From the NCBI GenBank assembly GCA_031370645.1, contig JANMQV010000157.1, forward strand, positions 1 to 9,859: DNA of 9,859 nucleotides, in the 5' to 3' direction. Positions within the stretch are counted from its first letter, which is position 1; each line of letters begins with the position of its first letter. Made by a program: the position numbers and the translations under genes. This DNA comes from Candidatus Eiseniibacteriota bacterium (lineage in GTDB: Bacteria > Eisenbacteria > RBG-16-71-46 > SZUA-252). Below, piece after piece: positions 1 through 8,252 of this stretch. The notes under the pieces were generated by a model that saw only the letters and a list, made by a program, of their open reading frames with translations, searched no databases and was not told the DNA's origin.

Positions 1-2943
1 CATCCTGGCGCGGGCGCCCTTCACCTTCTCGAAGAGGAGAAGCGTCGAGAAGTGCGACATCCCTTCGCTCAGATAGTCGCCCCCCGGCCCGTTGGCCGGC
101 GTGAGGATGTTCCCCCACCATTGGTGCGCCGCTTCATGAGCCGTCACGAGGAACGTCGCGTTCATCTTCTCGTCGTTCTTTGTCAGGAAGCCGATGTTCT
201 CGCTGAACGTGATATTGGTCCCAAACCCCTGCGCATACCCCGCGAGCGCCGGGAATTCGGAGAGCTTCAGTTCGCGCCACGGGTACGGGAGGAACCACTC
301 CGAGTACCAGTGGCGCGCGGCGTCGAGCGTGACCGACATCTCCTCGATGTTGTACGGATGCTGCGCGGCGTAGTAGATGGTCGTCTCCTTGCCCCGCTTC
401 TCCTTCCACCGTCCGCAGATCACGTTCATGATCTTGATCGGGTGGTCGGTCTCCCAGACCTGGGTTCGAAGCCCGTCCTTCACACGATTGCTGGTGCAGA
501 TCCCGTCCGAGTTCAGCGTGTAGGCCTCGGGGCCGGTGATCGTCACCTGGGCGGGAAACCAGGCGGTAGCGCCGTAACTCGCGCGGGTGATCCCCTTCCA
601 GTAGTCGCGGGGGTACTTCCGCCGTTCCAGCTTGTTTTCCTTCGTCTCACCCACGCCTTCCATGAAGCCGAGCACCGGCATGAAGGAGGGCTCGAATCCG
701 GTCAGGACGACTCCGGAGGGAAGGACGAACTCCGATGTGCTTCTGCCGTTCTTCGTGACGCCGTTCGGGAAGTTCCCTTCCCAGCTCCATCCAACGACAA
801 CGCTGTCGCCCTTCGCGAGCGGACGGGGCGGCGTGAAGACGAAAAGATGAAGCCGGTCTTCTGGGGTGCAGGGCTTCCCGTTCATCGTCCACTTCAGTTT
901 CTTCCAATGGAGTCCGCCGGTCAGCGGAACCTGAGCGAGCGTCGTGTCGAGACTGTTCACGAGCGTCAGCGTCCCCTCGCTCGCGAGCCACTTCGACTCC
1001 GGCTTCAACCGGAGACGAACCTCGGCGCGGGCGATGTCGGGGAGCGGGGCGCCGAGCCAGGTTTTGAGATTCTTCGCCCAATAATCCTTCCGGGCCTTCT
1101 TGGCGGCGCCACCATCCATTCCCTGGCTCACCATGAAGGCGAGCGCGGCGCAGCAGGCGAGCGGGAGCGCGGCCGCGGGGAGAAGGCCGAACGCGGTTCG
1201 AACGGCGCGCGCCGGAGCCAGTTGATGAACGAGCCGAACGCCGTCGCGCCCGCGACGCTCGAAGAGCCGGACGGCGAGCACGGTGAAGAAAAGGGTCGCG
1301 CCGAGGACCATGAGTCGGTTCAGCACGAGCGCGGCGCGGTCGGTCTCGAAAAATCCGAGGTCGCTCCAGCGCATGACGCCCCAGAGCGGCCAATTCCCCG
1401 CCCAGCTGATTTTTCCCGAGAGGAATCGGTAGGCCGTGAAGATCAACGCGCTGAGCCCGGCGGCATAGACGGTGTAGCGATTCCCGAAGAGCGAATAGAG
1501 GAGCGTGACGAACGAAGTCCATGCGAGGAACGTCGGGACTAGGAGAAGCCCCCAAAGGAGAACGTAGGGGACGAGCGAGAAGGCGACCGTCCCCTGCACC
1601 GCCAGCGCGATGATGCAGGCGATGAACGACGCCACCAGCACCGCCACCGCGACGAGGCTGTTCGCGATCGACTTGCCGAAGAGATAGGCGCCGGTTCGCA
1701 TCGGCGTCGCGTAGAGGAGCGATGCGGTGCCCGTCGTTCGGTCGCGCTCCATCGATTCGACCGTGTAGTAAAGGAGCAACAGGCAGACCATGACGGAAAT
1801 CTGCTGCGCCACCGCCACCGCCGTGATGCCGGGGGTGAGGAGGAGCGGCGTATCGAAGGCTCCCACGGCGAGCAGCGAGTTACCGAGGGCCTGGATGAGA
1901 ATCAGGGAACTGAATACGTAGAGCCCCGGTTGGCGGATTAGCTCTCGGACTTCCACCAATGACACGGCGAGTGCCGACCGGAAGAATGCGACGCCCTTCG
2001 TCCGCATGCCAAGTTCGGCAACGCCGGCGTCGACCGGAAGCGCCCGGGGGGACAGATCCTCCGTGCGACCGACGCCCCCTCGCGCGACTTCCCCCGCCAG
2101 CGACGCCGCCACGGCACGCTGTGTGAGGAAGACGCAGCCGATCCCAATCACGAGCATCCACGCGCGGTTCATCCAGAAGAGGAGATCGTATGGAACGCTT
2201 GCCCTGTTGTAGAACTCGACGCCGCGGTCGACCTTCAAGTGGGTCTCGTTCAGCCAGCGATATCCGCTCGGCTCGATCAACTGGAGCACCTTGTTGACCG
2301 TCACCCCAAGCCACGAGGGAGACCAGGTCCAGAGGAAGAATCCGCAGGCAAGGAGCGCCGCCACCGGAAGCACAAACACGAGTACCGGATTTCGGCTCTT
2401 CTCCCCGACGTAGATCGACACTCCGCCGAAGAAGATGAAGAACGGGAGCCCTATCCATAGTGTGGGCCGTAGGTAGTGCCCCCAGGCGAAGGGACCTCGA
2501 ATCTCGTTCGCGTTCCCGTTCGGCACGACATGGTTGAAGAACGCGCTGGCGAGGGACTGCAGCAGCAGCAAGAGCATGAAGCCCGCGATCACGGCCGCGT
2601 AGCGCCCCCAGACATACTCTCCGGGCGTGAGCGGCGTGGCGTGGAGGATCGAGTCGACTTTCGATTCACGATCCGCGAGAAGCGTCAGCCCCGCCGCTTT
2701 CGCCAGGAAGAAGGCATAGAAGAGAAGCGTGAGGTAGGTCATCGTCTGCGTTTGCGCGAATTCCGATGTGATCCACGCCTTCGTCCCGCCCACTCCACTG
2801 TCTCCCGAACTGATCTGCATGTTCCCGCTCGAGAGACCGTACGCCGTTAGGACGATGATGAGCGCCAGCACGATGTAGAGCGGGCGCCGGAAGGAGTGCC
2901 GGAACTCGACGCCGAAGGTGGCGCCAAACCGACGAAGATTCAC
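1..2943 (-). CDS. ABC-2 type permease (tandem duplicated) fused to M1-family zinc aminopeptidase domain; 3'-truncated by window edge (>=981 aa)
   Basis: Absent from the ORF track because it has no stop inside the window. Manual reading finds no in-frame stop from GTG at 2943-2941 (GTGA overlap with the ATPase stop) to position 1. N-terminus is MNLRRFGATFGVEFRHSFRRPLYIVLALII. Two permease units carry matching motifs DRESKVDSILHATPLTPGEYVWGRY and ERDRTTGTASLLYATPMRTGAYLFGKS. A soluble region starts below ~1130 and contains PYPWRELKLSEFP...YAQGF...FSENIGF and HEAAHQWWGN...YLSEG (HExxH at 138-124, third ligand E at 66-64). Confidence 0.93.
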   Translation of the reverse strand, partial: MNLRRFGATFGVEFRHSFRRPLYIVLALIIVLTAYGLSSGNMQISSGDSGVGGTKAWITSEFAQTQTMTYLTLLFYAFFLAKAAGLTLLADRESKVDSILHATPLTPGEYVWGRYAAVIAGFMLLLLLQSLASAFFNHVVPNGNANEIRGPFAWGHYLRPTLWIGLPFFIFFGGVSIYVGEKSRNPVLVFVLPVAALLACGFFLWTWSPSWLGVTVNKVLQLIEPSGYRWLNETHLKVDRGVEFYNRASVPYDLLFWMNRAWMLVIGIGCVFLTQRAVAASLAGEVARGGVGRTEDLSPRALPVDAGVAELGMRTKGVAFFRSALAVSLVEVRELIRQPGLYVFSSLILIQALGNSLLAVGAFDTPLLLTPGITAVAVAQQISVMVCLLLLYYTVESMERDRTTGTASLLYATPMRTGAYLFGKSIANSLVAVAVLVASFIACIIALAVQGTVAFSLVPYVLLWGLLLVPTFLAWTSFVTLLYSLFGNRYTVYAAGLSALIFTAYRFLSGKISWAGNWPLWGVMRWSDLGFFETDRAALVLNRLMVLGATLFFTVLAVRLFERRGRDGVRLVHQLAPARAVRTAFGLLPAAALPLACCAALAFMVSQGMDGGAAKKARKDYWAKNLKTWLGAPLPDIARAEVRLRLKPESKWLASEGTLTLVNSLDTTLAQVPLTGGLHWKKLKWTMNGKPCTPEDRLHLFVFTPPRPLAKGDSVVVGWSWEGNFPNGVTKNGRSTSEFVLPSGVVLTGFEPSFMPVLGFMEGVGETKENKLERRKYPRDYWKGITRASYGATAWFPAQVTITGPEAYTLNSDGICTSNRVKDGLRTQVWETDHPIKIMNVICGRWKEKRGKETTIYYAAQHPYNIEEMSVTLDAARHWYSEWFLPYPWRELKLSEFPALAGYAQGFGTNITFSENIGFLTKNDEKMNATFLVTAHEAAHQWWGNILTPANGPGGDYLSEGMSHFSTLLLFEKVKGARARM

Positions 2944-3857
2944 GCGCCGACCCCCGCCGGCGCGGAAACGCTGCTACGACCGGGGAGCGCGCCGAGCTGC
3001 ATCAGGACCAGATAGGCGTCCTCCAACGAGACGGGAATCCGCTCGAACCCGGCTGGAGGCGTACCGGTAGGATCGTAGATTCGCGCGCGGTTCTGCCCTT
3101 CGACGAGAAGAACCTGGGTCACCGTCCGCTCGGCTCGAAGCGCCGGGAGATCGCCGACGGCCACGATGCCTTCATAGATGGCGCCGTCGATCGATCGGCG
3201 CGCCTCCGCCGGGGTGGTGACCGCCAATAGCCTTCCCTTCCGGATGACGGCGAATCGGGAGCAGAGAACGGCGACGTCTTCCACGATGTGAGTCGAGAGG
3301 AGTACGACCCGGTCGGCCGCCAGCTCCGAGAGGATGCGATAGAACCGCAAGCGCTCTTCGGGATCGAGACCGGCAGTCGGCTCATCGACGATGATGAGTC
3401 GCGGATTCCCGGCGATCGCCTGCGCGATGCCGAGCCGCTGCCGCATGCCGCCCGAATACCCCTTCACCGAACGCTTGGCGGCGAAGGTCAAATTGACGCG
3501 CTCGAGTAGATCGGCCACCAGTTTCTTCCGGCCGCCGGGCGCCTCCACCCCTTTGAGCTCGAGGAGGTGCGAGAGCATCGCCTCCCCGCTCAAGTGAGGA
3601 TAGAAACCGAATTCCTGCGGCAGGTATCCGAGCCGCGGCCAGAGCCGCTCCGGATTCTCGACGATGCTTTCGCCGTCGAGCGTCACCGTTCCCGAGGTCG
3701 GTTCCAGGAGCCCCGCGAGGATCTTCATGAAGGTGGACTTGCCGGCGCCGTTCGGGCCGAGGAGCCCGTACATGCCGGGCGCGACGTCGAGGTCGATCCC
3801 GTTGAGGGCGGTGACCGGACCGGGATAGACCTTGATCAGGGCGCGGACGGAAAGCAT
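2940..3857 (-). CDS. ABC transporter ATP-binding protein (ABC-2/drug-exporter type)
   Basis: Walker A GPNGAGKST, Q-loop YLPQ, signature YSGGMRQR, Walker B IIVDEP, H-loop LSTH. SD GGAGG at 3867-3863. The stop overlaps the permease start (GTGA). Confidence 0.97.
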   Translation of the reverse strand: MLSVRALIKVYPGPVTALNGIDLDVAPGMYGLLGPNGAGKSTFMKILAGLLEPTSGTVTLDGESIVENPERLWPRLGYLPQEFGFYPHLSGEAMLSHLLELKGVEAPGGRKKLVADLLERVNLTFAAKRSVKGYSGGMRQRLGIAQAIAGNPRLIIVDEPTAGLDPEERLRFYRILSELAADRVVLLSTHIVEDVAVLCSRFAVIRKGRLLAVTTPAEARRSIDGAIYEGIVAVGDLPALRAERTVTQVLLVEGQNRARIYDPTGTPPAGFERIPVSLEDAYLVLMQLGALPGRSSVSAPAGVGA

Positions 3858-3879
3858 GAATTCCTCCGGGAAACGGGGG

Positions 3880-3923
3880 AAAAAGAAGACCGGGCGTCGC
3901 GTTGAGTACGCGCGCCCGGTCTT
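3880..3923 (-). terminator. Rho-independent terminator after purA
   Basis: Minus strand reads AAGACCGGGCG-CGCGT-ACTCA-ACGCG-A-CGCCCGGTCTT-CTTTTT: an 11 bp plus 5 bp stem with one bulged A, then a U-tract, starting ~35 nt after the purA stop. Confidence 0.85.
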
Positions 3924-3933
3924 GGGAGTTTCA
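3907..3933 (-). promoter_or_regulatory. Putative ECF (SigW-like) promoter for the ABC ATPase/permease-peptidase operon
   Basis: TGAAAC (3933-3928), 17-nt spacer, CGTA (3910-3907). This resembles the B. subtilis SigW consensus TGAAAC-N16/17-CGTA and would initiate near 3900. Confidence 0.5.
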
Positions 3934-3957
3934 GCCGGTCAAGGGATCCTTCGGCGA

Positions 3958-5256
3958 CTACCGCCCTACGGCGGGGCTGGCGCGTCGAGCCGCCGACCGT
4001 TCCACGTTCTCTTCGCGCCCGGATCCGACGGAAACGAGTCGAATCGGCACGCCGGCCAATTCTTCCAGTCGGTCGAGATAGCGCCGCGCTTCCGGGGGGA
4101 GATCCTCCCAGTGGCGGGCCGAGGTCGTCGGCTTCTTCCATCCGGCGAACGTCTCGTGCACGGGTTTCACGGCCTCGAGTTCGGCGAGCGACTCCGGCAT
4201 CTCGACCACGCGCTTGCCGTTGATTTCGTAAGCAATGACGCACTTCACTTCGGGAAGCGAATCGAGCACGTCGAGCTTCGTGATGATGAGCGACGTGAGT
4301 CCGTTCACGCGGGCGGAGTGGCGAATCGCCACGACGTCGAACCATCCGCAGCGGCGCGGACGGCCGGTCACGGCGCCGAATTCACGGCCTTCCTCGCGGA
4401 GCCGCTCGGCCAATTCACCCGAAAGTTCCGAAGGAAACGGACCGTTGCCCACGCGCGTGGCGTAAGCCTTCGCGACGCCGATGACTTCCTGGATCAACGT
4501 CGGGCCGATGCCGGCGCCGGTGCAGGCGCCGCCGGCTGTCGCGCTCGAGGACGTGACGTACGGATAGGTGCCGTGATCGACGTCGAGATGCGTTCCCTGC
4601 GCGCCTTCCAAGAGCACGCGCTTCCCGGCCCGAAGGGCGTTGTTCACCTCGAGCGAGACGTTTACGACGAGAGGGCGGAGCATCTCGGCATCGCGCGCCG
4701 CGCCCTCTAGTACCTCGTCCAGCGGAGCGACGGGAGCGTCTTGGCCAACGAGGCGAAGCGTTCGATCGCGGAGGGAGCGAATTCGCTCCTCCCGGATAGC
4801 GGGATCGAGGAGATCGACGACGCGCATGCCGACGCGACCCGCCTTGTCGGTGTACGCAGGGCCGATTCCACGGCCGGTCGTGCCGATCGCTTTTCCGGTC
4901 GTTTCGCCGTGCTTCTCGATCACCTTGTGGTCGGGAAGGATGACATGCGTCGAGCCGGAGACGAAGAGCCGCCCGGCGACGTCGATCCCGCCCTTCTCCA
5001 CGCGTTCGCGTTCGGCGCGAAGCGCGGCGGGATCGAGAACCACGCCGTTTCCGACATAGCAGAGCGTCTGCGGTCGGAGAATTCCGGACGGGATCAGTTG
5101 AAGGATGAAGGTCTGGCCATTGAAGCAGACGGTGTGACCGGCGTTCGGCCCGCCCTGATAGCGGACGACAACGTCGGCCTCCTCACTCATGAGGTCGACG
5201 ATCTTACCCTTCCCCTCGTCTCCCCACTGGGCACCCACGATCACACGGCAGGACAT
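3958..5256 (-). CDS. purA: Adenylosuccinate synthetase
   Basis: Signature motifs GAQWGDEGKGK, QGGPNAGHT, IGTTGRGIGPAY, EGAQG...DHGTYPYVTSS, TRVGNGPFP, TGRPRRCGWFD, TKLDVL; 432 aa. SD GGAGGAGG at 5270-5263. Confidence 0.99.
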   Translation of the reverse strand: MSCRVIVGAQWGDEGKGKIVDLMSEEADVVVRYQGGPNAGHTVCFNGQTFILQLIPSGILRPQTLCYVGNGVVLDPAALRAERERVEKGGIDVAGRLFVSGSTHVILPDHKVIEKHGETTGKAIGTTGRGIGPAYTDKAGRVGMRVVDLLDPAIREERIRSLRDRTLRLVGQDAPVAPLDEVLEGAARDAEMLRPLVVNVSLEVNNALRAGKRVLLEGAQGTHLDVDHGTYPYVTSSSATAGGACTGAGIGPTLIQEVIGVAKAYATRVGNGPFPSELSGELAERLREEGREFGAVTGRPRRCGWFDVVAIRHSARVNGLTSLIITKLDVLDSLPEVKCVIAYEINGKRVVEMPESLAELEAVKPVHETFAGWKKPTTSARHWEDLPPEARRYLDRLEELAGVPIRLVSVGSGREENVERSAARRASPAVGR

Positions 5257-5325
5257 GCAGCGCCTCCTCCAAACGAAAACCGCGTGGCTGGCGCCGCGCG
5301 GCGATAGATTCGAATCAGCCGAGAA

Positions 5326-5354
5326 ACACTACCAGCAGGGGCCCGCCTCGTCAA
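5326..5354 (-). promoter_or_regulatory. Putative sigma70-type promoter of purA
   Basis: TTGACG (5354-5349), exactly 17 nt, TAGTGT (5331-5326), preceded by a TGn extended -10 motif; ~70 nt upstream of the purA ATG. Confidence 0.6.
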
Positions 5355-5411
5355 TCGGACCTCCCCGCGTGGGGCGCCCGGGCGAAACCTAACCGAATGT
5401 GATGAATCGGA

Positions 5412-6029
5412 TTACGAGAACGCGCCGTTCCGTCGGAACACGTCGTTGAACGCCGCCAGGGCCTCGTCCAGACCATGGACCACCACCGCGTCGGGGAGAT
5501 GATCCCGAAGCGTTTGGACAGGCCGGTAGAGGATCGGGTAGTCGGCCGATTGGAGGAGCGTGAGGTCGTTCAGGCTATCCCCCATTCCGATGATCTTGAA
5601 GCCCGCCTGCTTCATCCCTTGGACGACCATCGCCTTCCGCCCGCGAATCCGGAGTTCCCAGCCGACGATCCGCCCCGCCGCATCGGTCTGAAAGCGGTTG
5701 GCGAAGAGGTTCACGCCTCCGAGGCGCTCGATCATCGGCGTGGCGAATTCGTGAAACGTGTCGGAGATGATCATCACCTGGCAATGCTGCCGAATCCGCT
5801 TCAGGAATTCGGGAGCGCCCAGAAACGGCGGCACCTGGTAGGCCACGCGCTGCACTTCGGCCAGCGTGAGGCCGGCGCGATTCATGGCATCGACGCGCTT
5901 CGTCATCAACTCGTCGAAGTCGGCCGTGTCGCGCGTGGTGAGATGGAGTTCGGGGATGCCGTACTGCTCGCCCAAGTAGGGCCAGATCTCGGGGGCAAGG
6001 ACACCTTCTAGATCGATCGCGGCAAGCAT
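5412..6029 (-). CDS. thrH: Bifunctional phosphoserine phosphatase / phosphoserine:homoserine phosphotransferase (HAD family, ThrH)
   Basis: ThrH-type motif I DLEGVLAPEIW (DxE rather than DxD), plus TTRD, ISDTF, the conserved Lys (GRK) and motif IV GDSLND; 205 aa, in line with Pseudomonas ThrH. Confidence 0.92.
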   Translation of the reverse strand: MLAAIDLEGVLAPEIWPYLGEQYGIPELHLTTRDTADFDELMTKRVDAMNRAGLTLAEVQRVAYQVPPFLGAPEFLKRIRQHCQVMIISDTFHEFATPMIERLGGVNLFANRFQTDAAGRIVGWELRIRGRKAMVVQGMKQAGFKIIGMGDSLNDLTLLQSADYPILYRPVQTLRDHLPDAVVVHGLDEALAAFNDVFRRNGAFS

Positions 6030-6038
6030 TCCGCAAGA

Positions 6039-6590
6039 TTACTCGGATCGGGTTCCGAGGTCAAACGGGGTGCGCTCCACGATGGAGAGCGCACGTTCCT
6101 CGTCGCGAATCCGAAGGGCGAGGAGGAGCGCGTTCGCAATCCCCATGGCTAGGGCGGTACGCCAGGCGCCGAAGAGGAGCGGCAACGCCGCCAATTCGAG
6201 CACGACGCCGAGATAGTTTGGATGCGCGAGGTAGCGGTAGAGACCGCGTCGGACGCGCCTCTCGCCCGGCACGACGTAGAGGCGAGCGGTCCACCGGTCG
6301 CCAAGCGTGCGCATGGCTCCGGCACGGAGGCCTTCTCCCACCATCCAGAGCGTGAGCCAAAGGAGCCAAAAATCCCCGGGGCGAGTCCCGCACCCGACGA
6401 CCTCGGCGATCAACGCGAGGGGGAAGACGGCGTGTAACGCGATGAAATAGTGGAAGCGCACGCCCGGCGCCTCAAACCCGCCGCGCGAGCGGAGTCGAGC
6501 CTCGTTTCGCGCGGAAGCCTTTAGCTCCAGCACACGGCTAGCCGCCAAGAACGCGAGCGCGGCAGCGAGCGCGAGCGGGACGGTCGGCAA
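6039..6590 (-). CDS. Isoprenylcysteine carboxyl methyltransferase-family membrane O-methyltransferase (BpsB/SrsB-like)
   Basis: Hydrophobic 183 aa protein with RVLEL..S.RN...L..RGG.E, TLGDRWTAR, GLYRYLAHPNYLGV..E and RIRDEERAL. It lies directly after a type III PKS. The start (TTG, no clear SD) is uncertain. Confidence 0.9.
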   Translation of the reverse strand: MPTVPLALAAALAFLAASRVLELKASARNEARLRSRGGFEAPGVRFHYFIALHAVFPLALIAEVVGCGTRPGDFWLLWLTLWMVGEGLRAGAMRTLGDRWTARLYVVPGERRVRRGLYRYLAHPNYLGVVLELAALPLLFGAWRTALAMGIANALLLALRIRDEERALSIVERTPFDLGTRSE

Positions 6591-6602
6591 GGCGCTTCGC
6601 GA

Positions 6603-7715
6603 CTACGCGGGGACGCCGCGCATCAGGACGTATTCGGCGGAGAAGCCGGGGCCGAGCGCGGTCAGGAGCGCCCGCTCTCCCGGCGCGATGGCCCCGGTTC
6701 CGAGAAATCGCTCCAACACGAAGAGGCAGGTAGGGGACGACATATTGCCCCGCTCGCGGAGAATGTCGCGCGAGTGACGGAAGGCCGCGGCCGGAAGCGA
6801 GAGCGCCTCTTGGTACGCCTCCAGCACCTTCATGCCGCCCGGGTGCGAAACGACGTGCGCGATCTCCGAGAGGCGCATCCGCTGTCGCTCGAGGAAGCGA
6901 TCGACGCTCTCCCGCACCCACCCGCGGACGATTGCGGGAATGTCGCGTGAGAAGACGACGTGGAGCCCGTCGCCGTCGGTCTCCCAACCCATGACGTCGA
7001 GCGTGTCGGGCCAAAGCATGCTCCCGCTCGCTTCGATCTCGAGCGTCGTGCCTCCCCGTCCGTTCGCGGCGCGCGTGGCGCCGGCGGGATCCGTCGCGAC
7101 GACCGCCGCGGCGGCCCCATCGGCGAAGAGCGAAGCGGCGACAAGATTCCGTTTCGAGCGCTCGCGACGCTGGAAGGCGAGGCTACAGATTTCGACCGCG
7201 ATGAGGAGGATGCGCGTTCCGGGTGACGCGACGGCGAAGTCTCGGGCCCGGGCGAGGCCGGCGGCGCCCCCCGCGCAGCCGAGGCCCCAGATCGGGGTCC
7301 GCCTCACGTCGGAGCGCAACGACATGCGGTTCGAGATCGTGGCGTCGAGACTCGGCGTGGCGATTCCGGTGGAGGAGACGAAGACGACGTGGTCGACGTC
7401 GCTCGGAGTGAGTTCCGCCTGCTCGAGCGCGTGGGCGGCGGCCTCGGTGGAGAGCGCAACCGCCTGCTCGATATAGTGTTCGTTTCGCTCTCCGAACGAA
7501 TGATCCGCAGCGTACCACTCGAGCGGCATGCAGAGCCGTCGCGTTTCGATCCCGCCGTGGTCGAAGACCGGAAGGAGACGGCTCCAATCGCCGTTCGATT
7601 CCCCGCCGCCCGATCCATTCGAGAGGAGCGTCGCCAGGAGCGCCTTCGCGTCCTCTTGCCGCGCCACGTGCGACGGCACCGCGGTGCCGAGCCCGAGGAG
7701 GCGCGCGACGGTCAT
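6603..7715 (-). CDS. Type III polyketide synthase (chalcone synthase-like, BpsA/SrsA/Pks10-like), 370 aa
   Basis: Catalytic triad present in PIWGLGCAGG (Cys), SHPGG (His) and GNMSS (Asn); C-terminal ALGPGFSAE. Start taken as the ATG at 7715-7713 (MTVARLLGLGTAVP), which forms an ATGA overlap with the cupredoxin stop, rather than the track's 8057. Confidence 0.95.
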   Translation of the reverse strand: MTVARLLGLGTAVPSHVARQEDAKALLATLLSNGSGGGESNGDWSRLLPVFDHGGIETRRLCMPLEWYAADHSFGERNEHYIEQAVALSTEAAAHALEQAELTPSDVDHVVFVSSTGIATPSLDATISNRMSLRSDVRRTPIWGLGCAGGAAGLARARDFAVASPGTRILLIAVEICSLAFQRRERSKRNLVAASLFADGAAAAVVATDPAGATRAANGRGGTTLEIEASGSMLWPDTLDVMGWETDGDGLHVVFSRDIPAIVRGWVRESVDRFLERQRMRLSEIAHVVSHPGGMKVLEAYQEALSLPAAAFRHSRDILRERGNMSSPTCLFVLERFLGTGAIAPGERALLTALGPGFSAEYVLMRGVPA

Positions 7716-8125
7716 GGGACCACCACGAGCACTCCCCTCATCCCCTTCTTGGCGTGGCTGCCCACGTGACAGAAGAACCCGTATTCGCCGGGGTTTTTGG
7801 GCGTGAAGCGGACGACGTGCGTGCGCTTCCGGCCGACGCCCTGGCTCAGGCTGATCGTCGAGTCGGAGATGGAGAAATTGTGCGGGACGACGAGCGAGTG
7901 ATTGTGGAGCGTCAGCTCCACGGGGCGCCCGGCGTGAACGACGATCCGATTCGGCTCGAAGTAGAACGAATGGAGTTCGATCTTCGCGCGTTGCACGCCC
8001 GAGGCGTCGGCGCTCAGCTCCAGCGTTTGAACGGGGCGCGGCCCACCGGAGGCGCAACCGAACGAAAGCGCCGCGAGAAGGGCGAGCGAGAGGGCGATTG
8101 GAGCGATGCTGGGGGTGCGGCCCAT
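7712..8125 (-). CDS. Exported (probably lipoprotein) cupredoxin / type-1 blue copper protein
   Basis: Signal peptide ending LAALSFG-C24 (lipobox not fully canonical). Cupredoxin strands FEPNRIVVHAGRPVELTLHN and FTPKNPGEYGFFC. Type-1 ligand set PHNF ... C-x4-H-x4-M (CHVGSHAKKGM). SD AGGAGGA at 8143-8137. Confidence 0.9.
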   Translation of the reverse strand: MGRTPSIAPIALSLALLAALSFGCASGGPRPVQTLELSADASGVQRAKIELHSFYFEPNRIVVHAGRPVELTLHNHSLVVPHNFSISDSTISLSQGVGRKRTHVVRFTPKNPGEYGFFCHVGSHAKKGMRGVLVVVP

Positions 8126-8149
8126 AATGTTCTAGATCCTCCTGGATCG

Positions 8150-8196
8150 AAAAAGAGGGAGGGGAGAGCCGTACTGACCCTCCCCTCGATTTCCTC
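8150..8196 (-). terminator. Intrinsic terminator-like hairpin just upstream of the cupredoxin SD
   Basis: GAGGGGAGGGTC (8187-8176), loop AGTAC, GGCTCTCCCCTC (8170-8159): 12 bp including 2 G-U pairs. It can be extended by GAGG (8196-8193)/CCTC (8158-8155) and is followed by TTTTT (8154-8150). Confidence 0.75.
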
Positions 8197-8252
8197 CGGA
8201 TGGCGGTTGGGATTCGCCAGGCCCGCCACGGCTAGAGCGCACGATGACGCGA

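Noticed and set aside
52..1542. 496-aa plus-strand ORF (also 2239-2460 and 2476-2850)
   Set aside because: These are codon-aligned antisense shadows of the permease-M1 gene. They are R/E/G-rich with no recognisable motif, while the minus frame has clear TM segments and HExxH.
3937..3942. TTGACC as a sigma70 -35 for the ABC operon
   Set aside because: No -10-like hexamer lies 16-18 nt downstream (the position reads CCGGGC).
7716..8057. 114-aa N-terminal extension of the PKS in the ORF track (484 aa)
   Set aside because: It overlaps the cupredoxin gene in another frame and is Arg-rich and non-homologous. PKS-like sequence begins at MTVARLL with an ATGA overlap.
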